A stretch of 64,000 nt of DNA, from sequence record MN106245.1. One strand, given 5' to 3'. This DNA is from Klebsiella phage EI. The notes beneath the pieces were generated by a model. The model ran no database searches, had not been told where the DNA came from, and worked only from the letters and a program-made list of their open reading frames with translations. A program made the position numbers and the translations under genes. This document shows positions 19,036 through 30,300 of the stretch, one piece after another. Positions within the stretch are counted from its first letter, which is position 1. Each line of letters begins with the position of its first letter.

Positions 19036-19794
19036 ATGGCTAATATCGTAAGGTGTGAATTACCAGACGGTGTTCATAGATTCTCTCCGTTCACAGTCTC
19101 TGATTATAGAGATTTTCTTCTGGTACGGAACGACATGAACACTAAGTCTCCAGAAGATCAAGAAAAACTTATTGAAGAACTCCAAAACGACTACTTCAGT
19201 GATATCCCTAAAGAATATAGAGCATTTGTGTTCTTAAAAGTCTATTTATCTAGCATAGGTAAGACTAAAATCCCGGTTAAGGTTGAATGCCCTAAATGTG
19301 GAAAAGCTAAAATGGTGCTGATTAATTTCCACCAAGAAGCAGTTGAGCTTCCTGTAGTCGAAGTGTCCGGGCTTCGACTTAAATTTAAGCATCCATCTAA
19401 AAACTATAAAGAAAACATAGCCGGGCTAGTAACAGAAAACATTTTGACCGTAGAAGATTCTAATGGGGTCTATCAGTGGTCTGAGCTGTCTACAGAAAAC
19501 AAAGTTCAAGTTGTTGAAGCTATTGATATAGAAACCTTAGAACTTATAATCAAAAAATTGAACATATTTGACTTTGTACTAAAATATTCGTGCTGCGATT
19601 CTCATGAGATCCATTACACTAATTTTATGGATATCTTTAAGCTTCTTCTGAACCCAGATGAAATATTTACATTTTATAAAATCAATCACTTGATAGTTAA
19701 ACAAGGCTACGATCTTTCGTCTATTATGAATATGATTCCTATTGAGCGAAGCATCACATTATCTCTGATTGAAAAGGACCTAGCACAAAAATGA
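19036..19794 (+). CDS. 51: baseplate hub assembly catalyst gp51
   Basis: [34 protein letters not shown]...CPKCGK... matches the T4 gp51 start; RBS AAGAGGA 7 nt upstream. The ORF-track start at 18979 is too far upstream, since it overlaps gp26 and the promoter. Confidence 0.85.
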   Translation: MANIVRCELPDGVHRFSPFTVSDYRDFLLVRNDMNTKSPEDQEKLIEELQNDYFSDIPKEYRAFVFLKVYLSSIGKTKIPVKVECPKCGKAKMVLINFHQEAVELPVVEVSGLRLKFKHPSKNYKENIAGLVTENILTVEDSNGVYQWSELSTENKVQVVEAIDIETLELIIKKLNIFDFVLKYSCCDSHEIHYTNFMDIFKLLLNPDEIFTFYKINHLIVKQGYDLSSIMNMIPIERSITLSLIEKDLAQK

Positions 19795-20933
19795 TTTCAC
19801 ACCGTCCCGGATTTCCAAATGTTAGTATTAAGCTTTATCAAAACTATGATAAGTGGCTTGATAATAGCTTCGTTGAACTCGGCGCCACATTTACCACCTT
19901 GACCATGAGAGATAGTTTGTCTGGTATTAATGAAGGTATGCTCCAGTTCTATGATTCTAAAAATATTCACAACAAGATGAACGGAGACCAAATTATTCAG
20001 ATCTCTGTTTCTAATAGCAATACATCGAGAACACAAACACGAATCTATGGAATAAAACATTTCACAGTTCGAGTCGATGATAAGGGCGATAATATTATAG
20101 CTATCCAGCTTAGTACGCTCCATGATATAATGAATTTGAAGTTCAGCCGTTGCTTCTTCAGTTCAGCTTATGAAACTCTGGTTGAAATGATAGGCGTGAT
20201 TTACCAAAAATATCCTAAGCTGGCTCCTCCTATAAACGGAATAAACACATATGTTCCTAGGATCCCTTGGACTTCTAATATAAAGGAATTCATGCAATAT
20301 ATCCGAGATGTAGGTCTATCTGTAGAAAGTGACCAGTTTGTTTTTGCTTGGGAAGACATAACAGGTATAAACATGATGGACTACAATGCGATGATTGCTC
20401 AGAACGCTGCATCTTTTGTTGTCGGCGCACCTCAGACTATTGGGCAATTCGCAGACCAGCTACCAGTATCTTTAGCTTGGGATTTTGAATGGCTTGTAAA
20501 AGCTAATGCTTATACTAGAAACCCATTCAAAGACGCTACATTCTATGCCCAGAGTTTTACAGACAAAGAAATCACAAAAATAACTGTAGGTGAAGGTTCT
20601 AATAGTATCTATATTAATAGAAGCGGCGGTTATTCAGAAATGATTTATCGTAATGGTTACGAAGAAGCTAACCGCATCGTTACTATGTCTCAGTACGATG
20701 GCTACGCGTCTGCTAAAATATATGGTAACTTTGAAGTGACCCCTGGGATGAAGTTAAACTTCTACGATCCTAAAGAACAGTTCCGTACTGATTTCTATGT
20801 TGATGAAGTTATCCATGAAGTTAGTAATAACCAGTCAATCACTAACATCTATATGTTTACTAACGGTTCTACTATCGAACCAGTTCAAATAGCGAAGGTA
20901 AAAAATGAACTTAAACGTGATTCTGCCTATTAA
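19791..20933 (+). CDS. 27: baseplate hub subunit gp27
   Basis: 380 aa; position between genes 51 and 28; ATGA-type overlap with gene 51. Confidence 0.85.
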   Translation: MISHRPGFPNVSIKLYQNYDKWLDNSFVELGATFTTLTMRDSLSGINEGMLQFYDSKNIHNKMNGDQIIQISVSNSNTSRTQTRIYGIKHFTVRVDDKGDNIIAIQLSTLHDIMNLKFSRCFFSSAYETLVEMIGVIYQKYPKLAPPINGINTYVPRIPWTSNIKEFMQYIRDVGLSVESDQFVFAWEDITGINMMDYNAMIAQNAASFVVGAPQTIGQFADQLPVSLAWDFEWLVKANAYTRNPFKDATFYAQSFTDKEITKITVGEGSNSIYINRSGGYSEMIYRNGYEEANRIVTMSQYDGYASAKIYGNFEVTPGMKLNFYDPKEQFRTDFYVDEVIHEVSNNQSITNIYMFTNGSTIEPVQIAKVKNELKRDSAY

Positions 20934-21432
20934 GAAAATTACAATTGATGGTATTGAAATTTCATTGCCTAAGCTTGGACTTAAGCACCACAACTTAATG
21001 AAAGAAGTAAAAATGCCGGACGAAAATCTGGCAATTCTTTTAGATTCTATTAAACCAGGTCTAGATGCCGTGCAAAGTGATATTGTTCTATTACAACTTT
21101 TGGCCTTTAACGGTAAGATTAAAGAAGAAGTTGAAAAGGATGGATTCACCTATCGCTTATCAGATGTGTACGGATGCCGTATATTAACACACCGTTTAAA
21201 CGGTCAAGAATATAAATTTAATGCCCCAGAAAGGTTTAGTAAATTCGGCTCGGCTGACGCAATTCTTGACAAGTATTTTTCTTCTGTAGATGGCAGAACA
21301 GAGAAGCCTGATTTTATGAAGCTTCCAGCATTCGTAATTAAATGGGTTGACGGTATCATTAATACCGTAGCTATTCCTGGCCCTAATGGCCCTATAAAAG
21401 GAATTGGCAATATAATAAGGCTCTTTGAATAA
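20905..21432 (+). CDS. 28: baseplate hub distal subunit gp28
   Basis: 175 aa (T4 gp28 is 177 aa); position. Confidence 0.8.
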   Translation: MNLNVILPIKKITIDGIEISLPKLGLKHHNLMKEVKMPDENLAILLDSIKPGLDAVQSDIVLLQLLAFNGKIKEEVEKDGFTYRLSDVYGCRILTHRLNGQEYKFNAPERFSKFGSADAILDKYFSSVDGRTEKPDFMKLPAFVIKWVDGIINTVAIPGPNGPIKGIGNIIRLFE

Positions 21433-23132
21433 TGGCTAGAAAAGTAAACAGTAAAACACAATCTCTGCGTCGGGTAATCGCCGACGCAGCACCACAAAAA
21501 CGTAACGAAGCACTACAAGAAGAACAAAACAATTCACTAGGCACTATTAATGGAACCCTTGAAGGGATCCAAGCTGCTGCTGAAATGGGTGCCGAAGCTA
21601 CAGAGAATGGTCTTGCTAATGTAGGAAATTCTTTATCCGATACTAATGCTGGCATCGAACTTCAATTAGATGAATTAAGTGCTCTTAATACCACAGCCTC
21701 TTTAATAAGTGACAGAATCAATAAATTGGCTGAAAAACTAGGAGTAAAAGTCGAACAAGCCACTCCGCAGACAGCAAATGTTCCGTCTGTCGAGGTTGTA
21801 CAGGATTCTATTCCTGAGCCGGTTCCGGAGATTCCATCGTTAGACGATCTTCTTCAAGACCTTATTCCGCCGCATGAAAACAGACGTCCAGATTCTGATG
21901 TATTACCACAGGAAGAACCTAAAGTAATTCCAAAAAAGGAAGATGACGAAAAGAAAAAGAAGGATGATACAGACCTTCTTAAAGCCCTTTTAGATACCAC
22001 TAAAGCCGGATTTAAGAAATCAATTTCGTTAACTGACAGAATTTCCAGTATGCTCTTTAGCTATACTGTGTCCGCTGTTGCTAATATGGCCAAAACAGCC
22101 GCTATGGTTTTAGCTTTGATTATGGCTATTGATATTATCAAAATCCATTTCAAATATTGGACCGAACTGTTCAAATCAAATTTTGAAGAGTTCACTAAAT
22201 TGGCCGGGACTTGGGCTCCTATATTAACATCTATCAGCGAAATGGCTCAAAGCATTCAAGATACTTTTAATGAAGGTTCTTGGTTAGGATTAGCTGAAGC
22301 TATTGTTAAAGGTCTTGTCGGCGTTTTAGATACTTTAGGCGAAACAATTATGTTTGGTCTTTCTAAATTGGTTGCTGCTGTTCTTAGTAAAGTTCCTGGT
22401 ATGGGCGATGCCGCTGATAATATTCGCGGTTCTGCTGCAGATCGTTTCCAGTATCGTACTGGTGCCGAACTTTCTGAAGAAGACCAAGATTACGTAGCTA
22501 AATATAAAGATAATCAGCGCTTGAAAGAAGAGCAGGATTCTCCGATGGAACGTAAAATTACTGCTTGGGGCGATAGATATTTACTTGGTAAGATTGATGA
22601 TGCTGAATACGAAAAACGTATGAAATTAGCTGATTCTGATACTAAAGACCCGGCCTTTGAAGGTAAAACCCGTGAACAGCGCTTAGAAATGTATAAAGCC
22701 CAAGGCAAAATGCAGGCTGAATTAAAAAGAACTTCTGAATATGCTCAGAACACTCGACCTGAAAATACCGAGCGTATGGAGTCTGCCGCTAACGCTGTTG
22801 CTAAAGCTTCTAAGAACTTCGAAGAGTTCAAGAAGAATAACCCTAGTTTAGCTAAAGAACTAGAGCCTCAGTATCGCTTTATGCAGGATGAGTGGAACAA
22901 AAAACGATTCCCGACTGTTAGTCCAGAACCGACAGAAGACAAGCAAGAATCTCAGCAAGTTAAGGTTATTGAGAAAATCGAAGCCCAACATAAAGTTGGT
23001 GATAAACTAGCTTCTCAAGCTTCTGTGAATGTTAACACAGCCATTAACAAAAATAACACTACCGTTATGCCTATGCAGCCGGTTACTAGTTCTCCAGCTC
23101 CAGGTATGGTCGGATTTACAAAATCTAATTAA
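21432..23132 (+). CDS. 29: baseplate hub subunit and tail length determinator gp29
   Basis: 566 aa; low-complexity helical N-terminal half and conserved C-terminal half; between genes 28 and 48. Confidence 0.85.
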   Translation: MARKVNSKTQSLRRVIADAAPQKRNEALQEEQNNSLGTINGTLEGIQAAAEMGAEATENGLANVGNSLSDTNAGIELQLDELSALNTTASLISDRINKLAEKLGVKVEQATPQTANVPSVEVVQDSIPEPVPEIPSLDDLLQDLIPPHENRRPDSDVLPQEEPKVIPKKEDDEKKKKDDTDLLKALLDTTKAGFKKSISLTDRISSMLFSYTVSAVANMAKTAAMVLALIMAIDIIKIHFKYWTELFKSNFEEFTKLAGTWAPILTSISEMAQSIQDTFNEGSWLGLAEAIVKGLVGVLDTLGETIMFGLSKLVAAVLSKVPGMGDAADNIRGSAADRFQYRTGAELSEEDQDYVAKYKDNQRLKEEQDSPMERKITAWGDRYLLGKIDDAEYEKRMKLADSDTKDPAFEGKTREQRLEMYKAQGKMQAELKRTSEYAQNTRPENTERMESAANAVAKASKNFEEFKKNNPSLAKELEPQYRFMQDEWNKKRFPTVSPEPTEDKQESQQVKVIEKIEAQHKVGDKLASQASVNVNTAINKNNTTVMPMQPVTSSPAPGMVGFTKSN

Positions 23133-23141
23133 GGATTCTTT

Positions 23142-24197
23142 ATGTTTTTCGAAGAATTAAAAGATGGGCTAGAGAATATTAAGAAATCCGGTTCTAAGAT
23201 TTCTCAAGGTACATCTAAGCACACTTTAAAAAATGCTGCCAGCACCGTGACGGCTCAATACCCGGCAGAACGTTCTGCCGGGAACGATTCAAGTCAAGAT
23301 ATGAGAGTTCATGATTTGTATCAGAACGGGCTTTTGTTTACTGCATACGATTTTAAATCTCGTGTTTCTCCAGATTTACGAGATTTCCGAAGTGCTGTTA
23401 GTAAATCATCTGTTTTTGATGCTCCGGAAAAAACTAACACCGGCTCCCAGAGACTTTCTAAAGCCCCTGTAGCTAACATCCTGTTGCCTAAGTCTAAGTC
23501 TGATGTAGATTCTGTGTCTCACAAATTTAATGATGTAGGCGAATCCCTGATCACACGAGGCGGCGGCTCTGCTACCGGTGTTTTAAGTAATGTGGCTTCT
23601 ACCGCTGTATTCGGCGGGTTGGAATCTCTAACCCAAGGAGTGATGGCAGATAAAGGGGAACAAATCTATAATACTGCCCGCAGTATGTATGCTGGTGCAG
23701 AAAATAGAACTAAGGTTTTTACTTGGGATCTTACGCCAAGAACTCCTCAAGATCTTATTCAAATTGTTAAAATCTATGAGATCTTTAACTATTATTCTTA
23801 TGGTGCCACAGGAACATCAGACTTTGCTAAAGAAGTTAAAGAACAAATAGATGAATGGTATAAAAGCACTTTAGAGTACGCCACTCCGGAAGGGTCCTCT
23901 AAAAGCGGGACTATGTTTGAGTCTATTACTTCTTTCCTTACTAATGTAATTGTTGTAAGCAACCCAACTATTTGGACGGTTCGTAACTTCGGATACACTA
24001 GTTCTTATGACGGGAGAGAAGATATATTCGGGCCTTGCCAAATTCAAAGTCTTAGGTTCGATAAAACCCCTAATGGTCACTTCAATGGTCTGGCTATTGC
24101 TCCTAACTTGCCTAGCACTTTTACCCTTGAATTAACCATGAGAGAAATCTTGACTTTGAACCGTAGTTCTCTATATTCTAAAGGATTCCAATCGTAA
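23142..24197 (+). CDS. 48: baseplate tail-tube junction protein gp48
   Basis: 351 aa; position and size. Confidence 0.8.
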   Translation: MFFEELKDGLENIKKSGSKISQGTSKHTLKNAASTVTAQYPAERSAGNDSSQDMRVHDLYQNGLLFTAYDFKSRVSPDLRDFRSAVSKSSVFDAPEKTNTGSQRLSKAPVANILLPKSKSDVDSVSHKFNDVGESLITRGGGSATGVLSNVASTAVFGGLESLTQGVMADKGEQIYNTARSMYAGAENRTKVFTWDLTPRTPQDLIQIVKIYEIFNYYSYGATGTSDFAKEVKEQIDEWYKSTLEYATPEGSSKSGTMFESITSFLTNVIVVSNPTIWTVRNFGYTSSYDGREDIFGPCQIQSLRFDKTPNGHFNGLAIAPNLPSTFTLELTMREILTLNRSSLYSKGFQS

Positions 24198-25114
24198 TGT
24201 ATACTTTAGATGAATTCGTGGCACAGGCTGCTAATAGTGATTTTCAGAGAACTAACATGTTCTCTGTTATTTTTGCTACAGCGCCATCGAGTAAAACTCA
24301 GACTCTACTAAATGAATTTGGTGGGGAACTTTATAATAACGTAGGTCTTAATGACAACTGGCTTGGATTAACACAAGGTGAATTTACGAGAGGTGTTACA
24401 TCTCTTATTACTGCCGGGACCCAGCGATTGGTTAGAAAATCAGGCGTAAGTAAATTTTTGATAGGAGCCATGACTCAACGCACCATCCAATCGTTATTAG
24501 GGGAATTCACTGTAGGGACCTATCTGCTTGATTTCTTTAATATGGCTTTCCCTACTACAGGATTATTGATTCATTCAGTTCAGATTCCTGAAAATAGGTT
24601 AGCCCATGAAATGGACACCTTCCATAACAGCCCTAACATCAAAATTACAGGACGAGAATATGCTCCGTTGGTTATAACATTCCGTATGGATTCAGAGGCC
24701 AGTAATTTCCGAGCTATGCAAGATTGGGTAAATGCAGTTGAAGACCCTGTAACAGGATTAAGAGCATTGCCTTCTGATGTTGAAGCGGATATCCAAGTTA
24801 ACTTGCATGCCCGTAATGGATTACCTCACACGGTGTGTATGTACACAGGATGCATCCCTGTGGGCGTCAGTGCACCCCAATTTAGCTATGAAGATAATAA
24901 TCAGATAGCTACATTCGAAGTCACCTTCGCTTACAGAGTTGCACAGATCGGTGCCGTCGGTAAACAAGCTGCGATGGATTGGTTAGAAGATAAAATTGTT
25001 CAGAAGATTGATACTATTAACCCAAATCTAAGTGCTCAAGGATTAGGTAGTATTTCAAGTAGATTAAGCCGTGTTGCAGGCGTTGGGAATGGACTTAGTA
25101 AGATTTTAACCTAA
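24197..25114 (+). CDS. 54: baseplate tail-tube initiator gp54
   Basis: 305 aa; gp19/gp54 tube-fold paralog; position. Confidence 0.85.
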   Translation: MYTLDEFVAQAANSDFQRTNMFSVIFATAPSSKTQTLLNEFGGELYNNVGLNDNWLGLTQGEFTRGVTSLITAGTQRLVRKSGVSKFLIGAMTQRTIQSLLGEFTVGTYLLDFFNMAFPTTGLLIHSVQIPENRLAHEMDTFHNSPNIKITGREYAPLVITFRMDSEASNFRAMQDWVNAVEDPVTGLRALPSDVEADIQVNLHARNGLPHTVCMYTGCIPVGVSAPQFSYEDNNQIATFEVTFAYRVAQIGAVGKQAAMDWLEDKIVQKIDTINPNLSAQGLGSISSRLSRVAGVGNGLSKILT

Positions 25115-25118
25115 AAAA

Positions 25119-25150
25119 GGGAGCCTCACGGCTCCCTTAGGGGGTTTATT
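25119..25150. terminator. bidirectional terminator between gp54 (+) and the alt region (-)
   Basis: gggagcc-tcac-ggctccc hairpin followed by a T-rich tract. Confidence 0.7.
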
Positions 25151-25433
25151 TACGGAAACCAAAAAACGCGGTAGAAGTGGCGATTAAACCGGTTTCATCA
25201 GCAACCTGAATTTGTACCGGAGCTTCAGATTCAAGCTGGCCAGATATAATACCATCAAAGATAGTGTCTGTTTGGTCCGGGTTGGTAAAGTTCTGCATCG
25301 GGGCGAAAGCAAAGAGTTTATCGCCATAGACTTTCTGCAGCTCTTTTACTACAACTTCATTAAACTGCTCTGAAGCAGGGATAACGTCATCGATAGAAGC
25401 TTCGATACCATTTAAACGGATGAATGAACGCAT
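25146..25433 (-). CDS. hypothetical protein downstream of alt (alt.-1 position)
   Basis: Probable start at the internal Met (MRSFIRLNGIEAS...) with RBS GAGGAAATCAAA-ATG. The ORF-track start at 25529 would overlap the end of alt. Confidence 0.5.
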   Translation of the reverse strand: MRSFIRLNGIEASIDDVIPASEQFNEVVVKELQKVYGDKLFAFAPMQNFTNPDQTDTIFDGIISGQLESEAPVQIQVADETGLIATSTAFFGFRK

Positions 25434-25494
25434 TTTGATTTCCTCATTTGTATGTTGTAATAAGACTAATACCACATCCATGCGGTGTTGTAAA

Positions 25495-27639
25495 CTAGCC
25501 TTGTACAAATTTTTCCGGGGTATCTTCAATATCGATAAACGAAGCCAAGATGCTAAGGATGTCCCGTTTAGTAGTCAAGAACGTAGAAGCACTGATATCA
25601 GTATCTTCGCCGTCAACAGTAACGATAGTACCAGAACCTACCGGAACCAGTTCACCGGATTCTACCAGAACATCGCCGTCATAAACAACCATAGATTCTT
25701 CAATTTGGTCTGAAGTCATAACCTCAGCCTGAATGAATTTTTGGTTATCATGTACTATGCCGTCAGAATAAGATGCATCTACAATCTTATTAATTTGAAG
25801 CATAGTCCCTCGCGGCAAGATAACTTCCATTTCACCAGACATATTACTTAAGTCGCCTGGATAAACGACGTTGGTTTTATGGCCGCCTTCAATAGCCCAA
25901 CCGATCATAACTTTATTAAGTTCGGCCTGCTTACGGTTATCGACAACCTCACTTTCGCCATTAGTATCTACCTCGGCGTTAAGCCAACTGGCCGGTTTAA
26001 CTGTTTCTGCGCTATTGCCAGGAGTGTTTAAAACAGCCCTAGTATTATCTGAAGTCATTGCTACAGATTGATTACCTTTCCAGCCACCAAAAATAATAGG
26101 CATCAAAGACGTCGAAACGTAGTTTCGGAAATAAAATACCCTATTTTTAACAAGAGATTCAAAAATAGGCTGACGAACAGTCTGAGAGCGCCATAAAGTA
26201 AGTCCTTCTGGTAAACGGTCACCTTTCTTAAATGCATCATCAAGATTTTTAATAGCCGTTGTAACTTCTTTAGCGCTTAATGTATCATAGTTGTCTTCTG
26301 TATATCTTCCAAGAAGCATATTATTGATACCAGTGTACCCAGAACCTACGTATTCTCTAATTCCGCGCTTTTCTGCAGGAGTATACTGGGCAGGACTGCG
26401 AGTCATTGTAATTAACTCAATTCCTGAAGAAACATTTTTGGCATACCCTTGGAGAGCTGATTTGATTAATTTAGTCCGTTCGATGTTCCAAAGATTTCTG
26501 GCCATAGCTTCGCGTTCAGACTGTTCCAGGTACTCTGGAGTACGAGACATGATGTGTTCCATGGCCTCGTATTCACGTTCGGCTAAAGCATCTAAAAGAG
26601 TCTGGGCATAAGCCTGCATGCTCTTAACAGAAGTTAACGGGGCATCGCCGATTCTTTTAATAAGCTCTTTAGAGAAATACTCTTCAAACTGATCTCGTTC
26701 ACTTAGTTTAATAGTAATTAAAGAGCTTAATTGGAAAGCTGCACCGGATGCCGCTAATTTTGCGGATTGGGCTCTAGAAGCTTTAGAACTGACAGAGTCT
26801 AATATTTGGGCTGCTTCAGGAATTTCCTGAGCAGTACTAGGCTTAATGAATTCTATAGCAGAAGCTTCATATTCTTCAAACTTAGAAGGGTCCATAATCA
26901 CATCAGTAGAAAGAGCCTGGCTAGCAGCAACTTGTCGACGAGAAATTTTAGTACGACGAATAACAGCGATATCTGTACGAGTTTTCTCTACCTCGGCAAT
27001 AGAGCCGGCGATAGCTTCATCTTTAGTGACTTGAATACCGTCTTTCTTGGATACCCATACATCGCCTACGGCAGAATCAACTTTAGTATATAGCTCAGTA
27101 TTGATACCAGGAATCCCAGAGATGTCCTCTAAGGGTTTATTTTTACGGTAGATAAGAATATATGTATGTTTACCGGTAAAGTTATAGAGAGCATCCAGGA
27201 CTTTAAATTTACCACCAGTGCGGGACATACACAGACGAGCAATAAGACGTTGCAGAACAGGACCTTGGCCTTTCATCTTTTTAGTCGGGAACCGGAACAT
27301 CACAGCATCCATTCTTAGCTGTTTTACTTGCTCATAAACAGTATCAAAAATTGTATTAATCGCCCCGATTGGATTACTACCCAAGCCACCTTTAAGCTCG
27401 GCTGGGGCCCCTTTAGCACTAAGAGACATTAAAATTAAATGGGCGTATTTGTCACCCATTTTAACCTGTTTAATAGCATCGCCTTCAGATTGGTATGATA
27501 CCATTCTAGCTACTAAGTTTTCATTTCCAGGTACTTTAATAGCCCAGATCTGTGGTACTTTAGATTTTAAATTCAAGTTCACGACAGGATAGTTCTTATC
27601 ACTATCAGAGTCGAAAACTTCGTTAAGTTGTTCAGACAT
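25495..27639 (-). CDS. alt: Alt ADP-ribosyltransferase (packaged head protein)
   Basis: 714 aa; ...KMGDKYAHLI...AKG..A.LKG.G..P...IN..F..V...V...R.DA.M.R......G....QRLIARL...R.GGKF.VL..LY........YILI.RKN..LEDI.G.P.I.TEL.TKV.S.VGDV...K.G.QVTK.EAIA.SIA... aligns with T4 Alt. Confidence 0.9.
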   Translation of the reverse strand: MSEQLNEVFDSDSDKNYPVVNLNLKSKVPQIWAIKVPGNENLVARMVSYQSEGDAIKQVKMGDKYAHLILMSLSAKGAPAELKGGLGSNPIGAINTIFDTVYEQVKQLRMDAVMFRFPTKKMKGQGPVLQRLIARLCMSRTGGKFKVLDALYNFTGKHTYILIYRKNKPLEDISGIPGINTELYTKVDSAVGDVWVSKKDGIQVTKDEAIAGSIAEVEKTRTDIAVIRRTKISRRQVAASQALSTDVIMDPSKFEEYEASAIEFIKPSTAQEIPEAAQILDSVSSKASRAQSAKLAASGAAFQLSSLITIKLSERDQFEEYFSKELIKRIGDAPLTSVKSMQAYAQTLLDALAEREYEAMEHIMSRTPEYLEQSEREAMARNLWNIERTKLIKSALQGYAKNVSSGIELITMTRSPAQYTPAEKRGIREYVGSGYTGINNMLLGRYTEDNYDTLSAKEVTTAIKNLDDAFKKGDRLPEGLTLWRSQTVRQPIFESLVKNRVFYFRNYVSTSLMPIIFGGWKGNQSVAMTSDNTRAVLNTPGNSAETVKPASWLNAEVDTNGESEVVDNRKQAELNKVMIGWAIEGGHKTNVVYPGDLSNMSGEMEVILPRGTMLQINKIVDASYSDGIVHDNQKFIQAEVMTSDQIEESMVVYDGDVLVESGELVPVGSGTIVTVDGEDTDISASTFLTTKRDILSILASFIDIEDTPEKFVQG

Positions 27640-27699
27640 AATTATTCCCCTTATAAGATACTACTATTTATGCCAAAAAGGCTCCAGAAGGCTCCTTAA

Positions 27700-29178
27700 T
27701 TAGAACGGCCAATCGCCAAACACCTCTTCAAAGGTATCAGCTTTTTCTTTATCAAATCGCCAACCTTTAATAATTGGTAAAAACAAGCCTACAGTTCCGT
27801 CTTTACGGCCTTTAGAAGTCGTCCAGCCATTACATTCACAATCGGCAATACGGTCAATTAACTTACCAGCAATAGCATCTTGCATCAGAGATTCACGGTC
27901 AAGTTCGCCACGTTGGTCGATAGGAATCAGAATCCATTCACCATCAATTTTCTTATGGGTTGTATCTGTGAAACCTGAACCACAGTCAGTAGTAATACGT
28001 CCACATTCAGAAGCTAGGTTAACACCACCAATTTTATTCGGATCTTTAGAGTGAGCATAGTACCCAGTAACTCGTAAAGCAATATCTATTACTGCTTTGA
28101 ACTTAAACTGGTTCTTAGAGCGAGCATCTTCCCACAGGCCATCTGTATTCTTAAGAATGATGCCTTCTAAGCCCTGGTCACGGTATTTCTGGTAAACGGC
28201 TCGAGCTTCTTCAAGGCTATTAACCAAATGATTTTCGATAAGAACAATCTGGCTGAAGGATTCAGCCATAAGTTCTAATGCACGGAAACGTACATCGTAC
28301 TTAAAGCTCTTGAGTTTACCTTCAGAATAAATTACATCTAGAGGAACGTAATCCCAGACCTGGAATTTCATACCTTCGGCTTCTTCAGGAGTAATTGTGC
28401 CCTTCAGAGATTTGTTTGCTAACCCATTTGAAGTGCTGCGGTCAGCAACAGTTTCTTCTTGTTCTTCAACAACGTCGCCGAACAGGAAGTCAAGAGAATC
28501 TTTCTCTTTGAAATTGGCCGGGGCATGATAAACTAGCTCACCATCAATCATTACACCGCCAGGGTGTTTCTCGCGGGCTTCTTTAGTCATTTCCATTAGC
28601 TGTTCAGCCAATTTATCTAGATCTAAATAATTGTTACCAGAGCGAGAAAAGAACAAAACCCCATCATCACGTACTTCAGCAAAGCACCGTGCACCGTCAG
28701 CCTTTAGCTGAGCATACGCTGGAAACTTAATATGCTTTTTAATTTTGGCTTCGTCAAAAGATGAAGCCAACATCTGTGGGTACTCAGGAACTAGGTTTTT
28801 CCAGGTTTTATTAGCAATCGTTGTACCTGTGCCACATTCAAGGTCCCGCATCAGAACACGGCGTAAAACTTCTATAATTTCCGGAGAACCATCTGCGATA
28901 TACGAGGCTAACTCAGCAATGGCCGCATTACCTGTTACCTTTCTAGGAGCTAAAGTAAACTCTGCGAAATCCAAGCAATCTTCTAAAGTTAAAAGGCCCG
29001 CGGCTTGTGTGGGTTCACCGGCCTGTGGCCATTTTTTGATACCATAGTTCAAACGACGAGAATACGCCATTCTGAATACACGCTTCAGAAGTTCGTTATT
29101 CTTTTCGCGATTCATAATCGCTTTCTTTTCGTTAGTTGAATCCGTAGCAGCAAGTTCGTTAAGGATATCTAAAATCAT
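27700..29178 (-). CDS. 30: ATP-dependent DNA ligase gp30
   Basis: 492 aa; ...MILDILNELA...KFPAYAQLKADGARCFAEV... carries ligase motif I KADG.R and is collinear with T4 gp30. Confidence 0.95.
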   Translation of the reverse strand: MILDILNELAATDSTNEKKAIMNREKNNELLKRVFRMAYSRRLNYGIKKWPQAGEPTQAAGLLTLEDCLDFAEFTLAPRKVTGNAAIAELASYIADGSPEIIEVLRRVLMRDLECGTGTTIANKTWKNLVPEYPQMLASSFDEAKIKKHIKFPAYAQLKADGARCFAEVRDDGVLFFSRSGNNYLDLDKLAEQLMEMTKEAREKHPGGVMIDGELVYHAPANFKEKDSLDFLFGDVVEEQEETVADRSTSNGLANKSLKGTITPEEAEGMKFQVWDYVPLDVIYSEGKLKSFKYDVRFRALELMAESFSQIVLIENHLVNSLEEARAVYQKYRDQGLEGIILKNTDGLWEDARSKNQFKFKAVIDIALRVTGYYAHSKDPNKIGGVNLASECGRITTDCGSGFTDTTHKKIDGEWILIPIDQRGELDRESLMQDAIAGKLIDRIADCECNGWTTSKGRKDGTVGLFLPIIKGWRFDKEKADTFEEVFGDWPF

Positions 29179-29450
29179 TTAATTCGCCTTCCGTTATAAG
29201 TAGTCTTATTATAAGCTACTTCTTCCAGAAGCAGATCTAGCTTCTTATGATAAGTAATCATAGCTCTCTGGCCATTAACTGTATCGCAGAGGTATTCGCT
29301 TATATAAATGAACCCTTGTTCAATGCACTGTTTAAAGATTTCTTCATCTTTAGCTTGCCTGAACAGTGGATTTTCGCGAAAGAACATATTAACGTGACCG
29401 AAGTCACGTGTACTATGTTTTCCATCAATAAGAGTGTGAACTACAAACAT
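29175..29450 (-). CDS. hypothetical protein (30.1 position)
   Basis: 91 aa; overlaps the ligase start by 4 nt. Confidence 0.55.
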   Translation of the reverse strand: MFVVHTLIDGKHSTRDFGHVNMFFRENPLFRQAKDEEIFKQCIEQGFIYISEYLCDTVNGQRAMITYHKKLDLLLEEVAYNKTTYNGRRIK

Positions 29451-29457
29451 AGTTACC

Positions 29458-30300
29458 TCAGAAGGATGCTCTTAAAGCAGACGGACTTTTAGCAGTCCAT
29501 TTGTCTCTGCAATTGATGTACGGCTCTGGAGTAAATGGGACAAACGGACGTAAAGGTGTTTGGGCCCAAGGCTTATTTTTATTAGCTTCTTGAGCTTTAC
29601 GGATTAATTCCCAAATGGCATCTTCATGATCTTTACGGGTCCCAGGAGTACCTGCTATTTTATGAAGAGTAGCCAGGTTCCCAATATCAGAAGAACGCTT
29701 AGAAATCATATACTGAACTTCGGCCCAGTCTTTAACAAAATAAGCACCAGTTTTCTCGGCTCTTTCGCCGCGAGGCATAAAGAACACATCGACATCAGTT
29801 CCTTTGAATACCTTCATGGCGGCTTCACAGTGAGAAGGCAGATCATCGATATAACAAACAATCCGGGATCCATACTTTTCTTTAGCCTGAGAAAGAAGGG
29901 CGTCCTTAGACTCTGAATGGCCGCACATCAGGATCTCCTGGAATGCGCCAGGGAACAAAGAATTCAGATTGAACTGTCTATTCAGCTTAGCATCAATACT
30001 GTTGCCTAGCGCAGTTATAGCTACAAATTCGTAGTCTTTCTTTAGGTCATTGATGACCTTAAGGGCATCTTTATACGCGGCAAGGTATCGAATAAAATCA
30101 GAGTTATTGTACTTTTCCATAAGCTGCCTTCCAGTAGCAAGGTCAGTTTGGAAAATATCTGAAGCGCACCGGAACTTTTCGTCTGAAATCATCTCAATAA
30201 TGACGTCAGTTTTGATACCATATTTGTGTGCAAAATAAGCCAGGCCTGATTGCCACTGGATAACCACACCGTCGATATCAGTAAGAATAACCTTCTTCAT
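29458..30300 (-). CDS. HAD-like hydrolase/phosphatase-fold protein (30.2 position)
   Basis: 280 aa; N-terminal ILTDIDGVV (HAD motif I DxDG) and CYIDDLP (motif IV-like DD). Confidence 0.5.
   Translation of the reverse strand: MKKVILTDIDGVVIQWQSGLAYFAHKYGIKTDVIIEMISDEKFRCASDIFQTDLATGRQLMEKYNNSDFIRYLAAYKDALKVINDLKKDYEFVAITALGNSIDAKLNRQFNLNSLFPGAFQEILMCGHSESKDALLSQAKEKYGSRIVCYIDDLPSHCEAAMKVFKGTDVDVFFMPRGERAEKTGAYFVKDWAEVQYMISKRSSDIGNLATLHKIAGTPGTRKDHEDAIWELIRKAQEANKNKPWAQTPLRPFVPFTPEPYINCRDKWTAKSPSALRASF

Noticed and set aside
27640-27700. Direct repeat aggctcc..aggctcc between alt and the ligase gene as a possible terminator
   Set aside because: The two copies are direct, not inverted, so no hairpin forms; it is more likely part of the alt ribosome-binding and leader region
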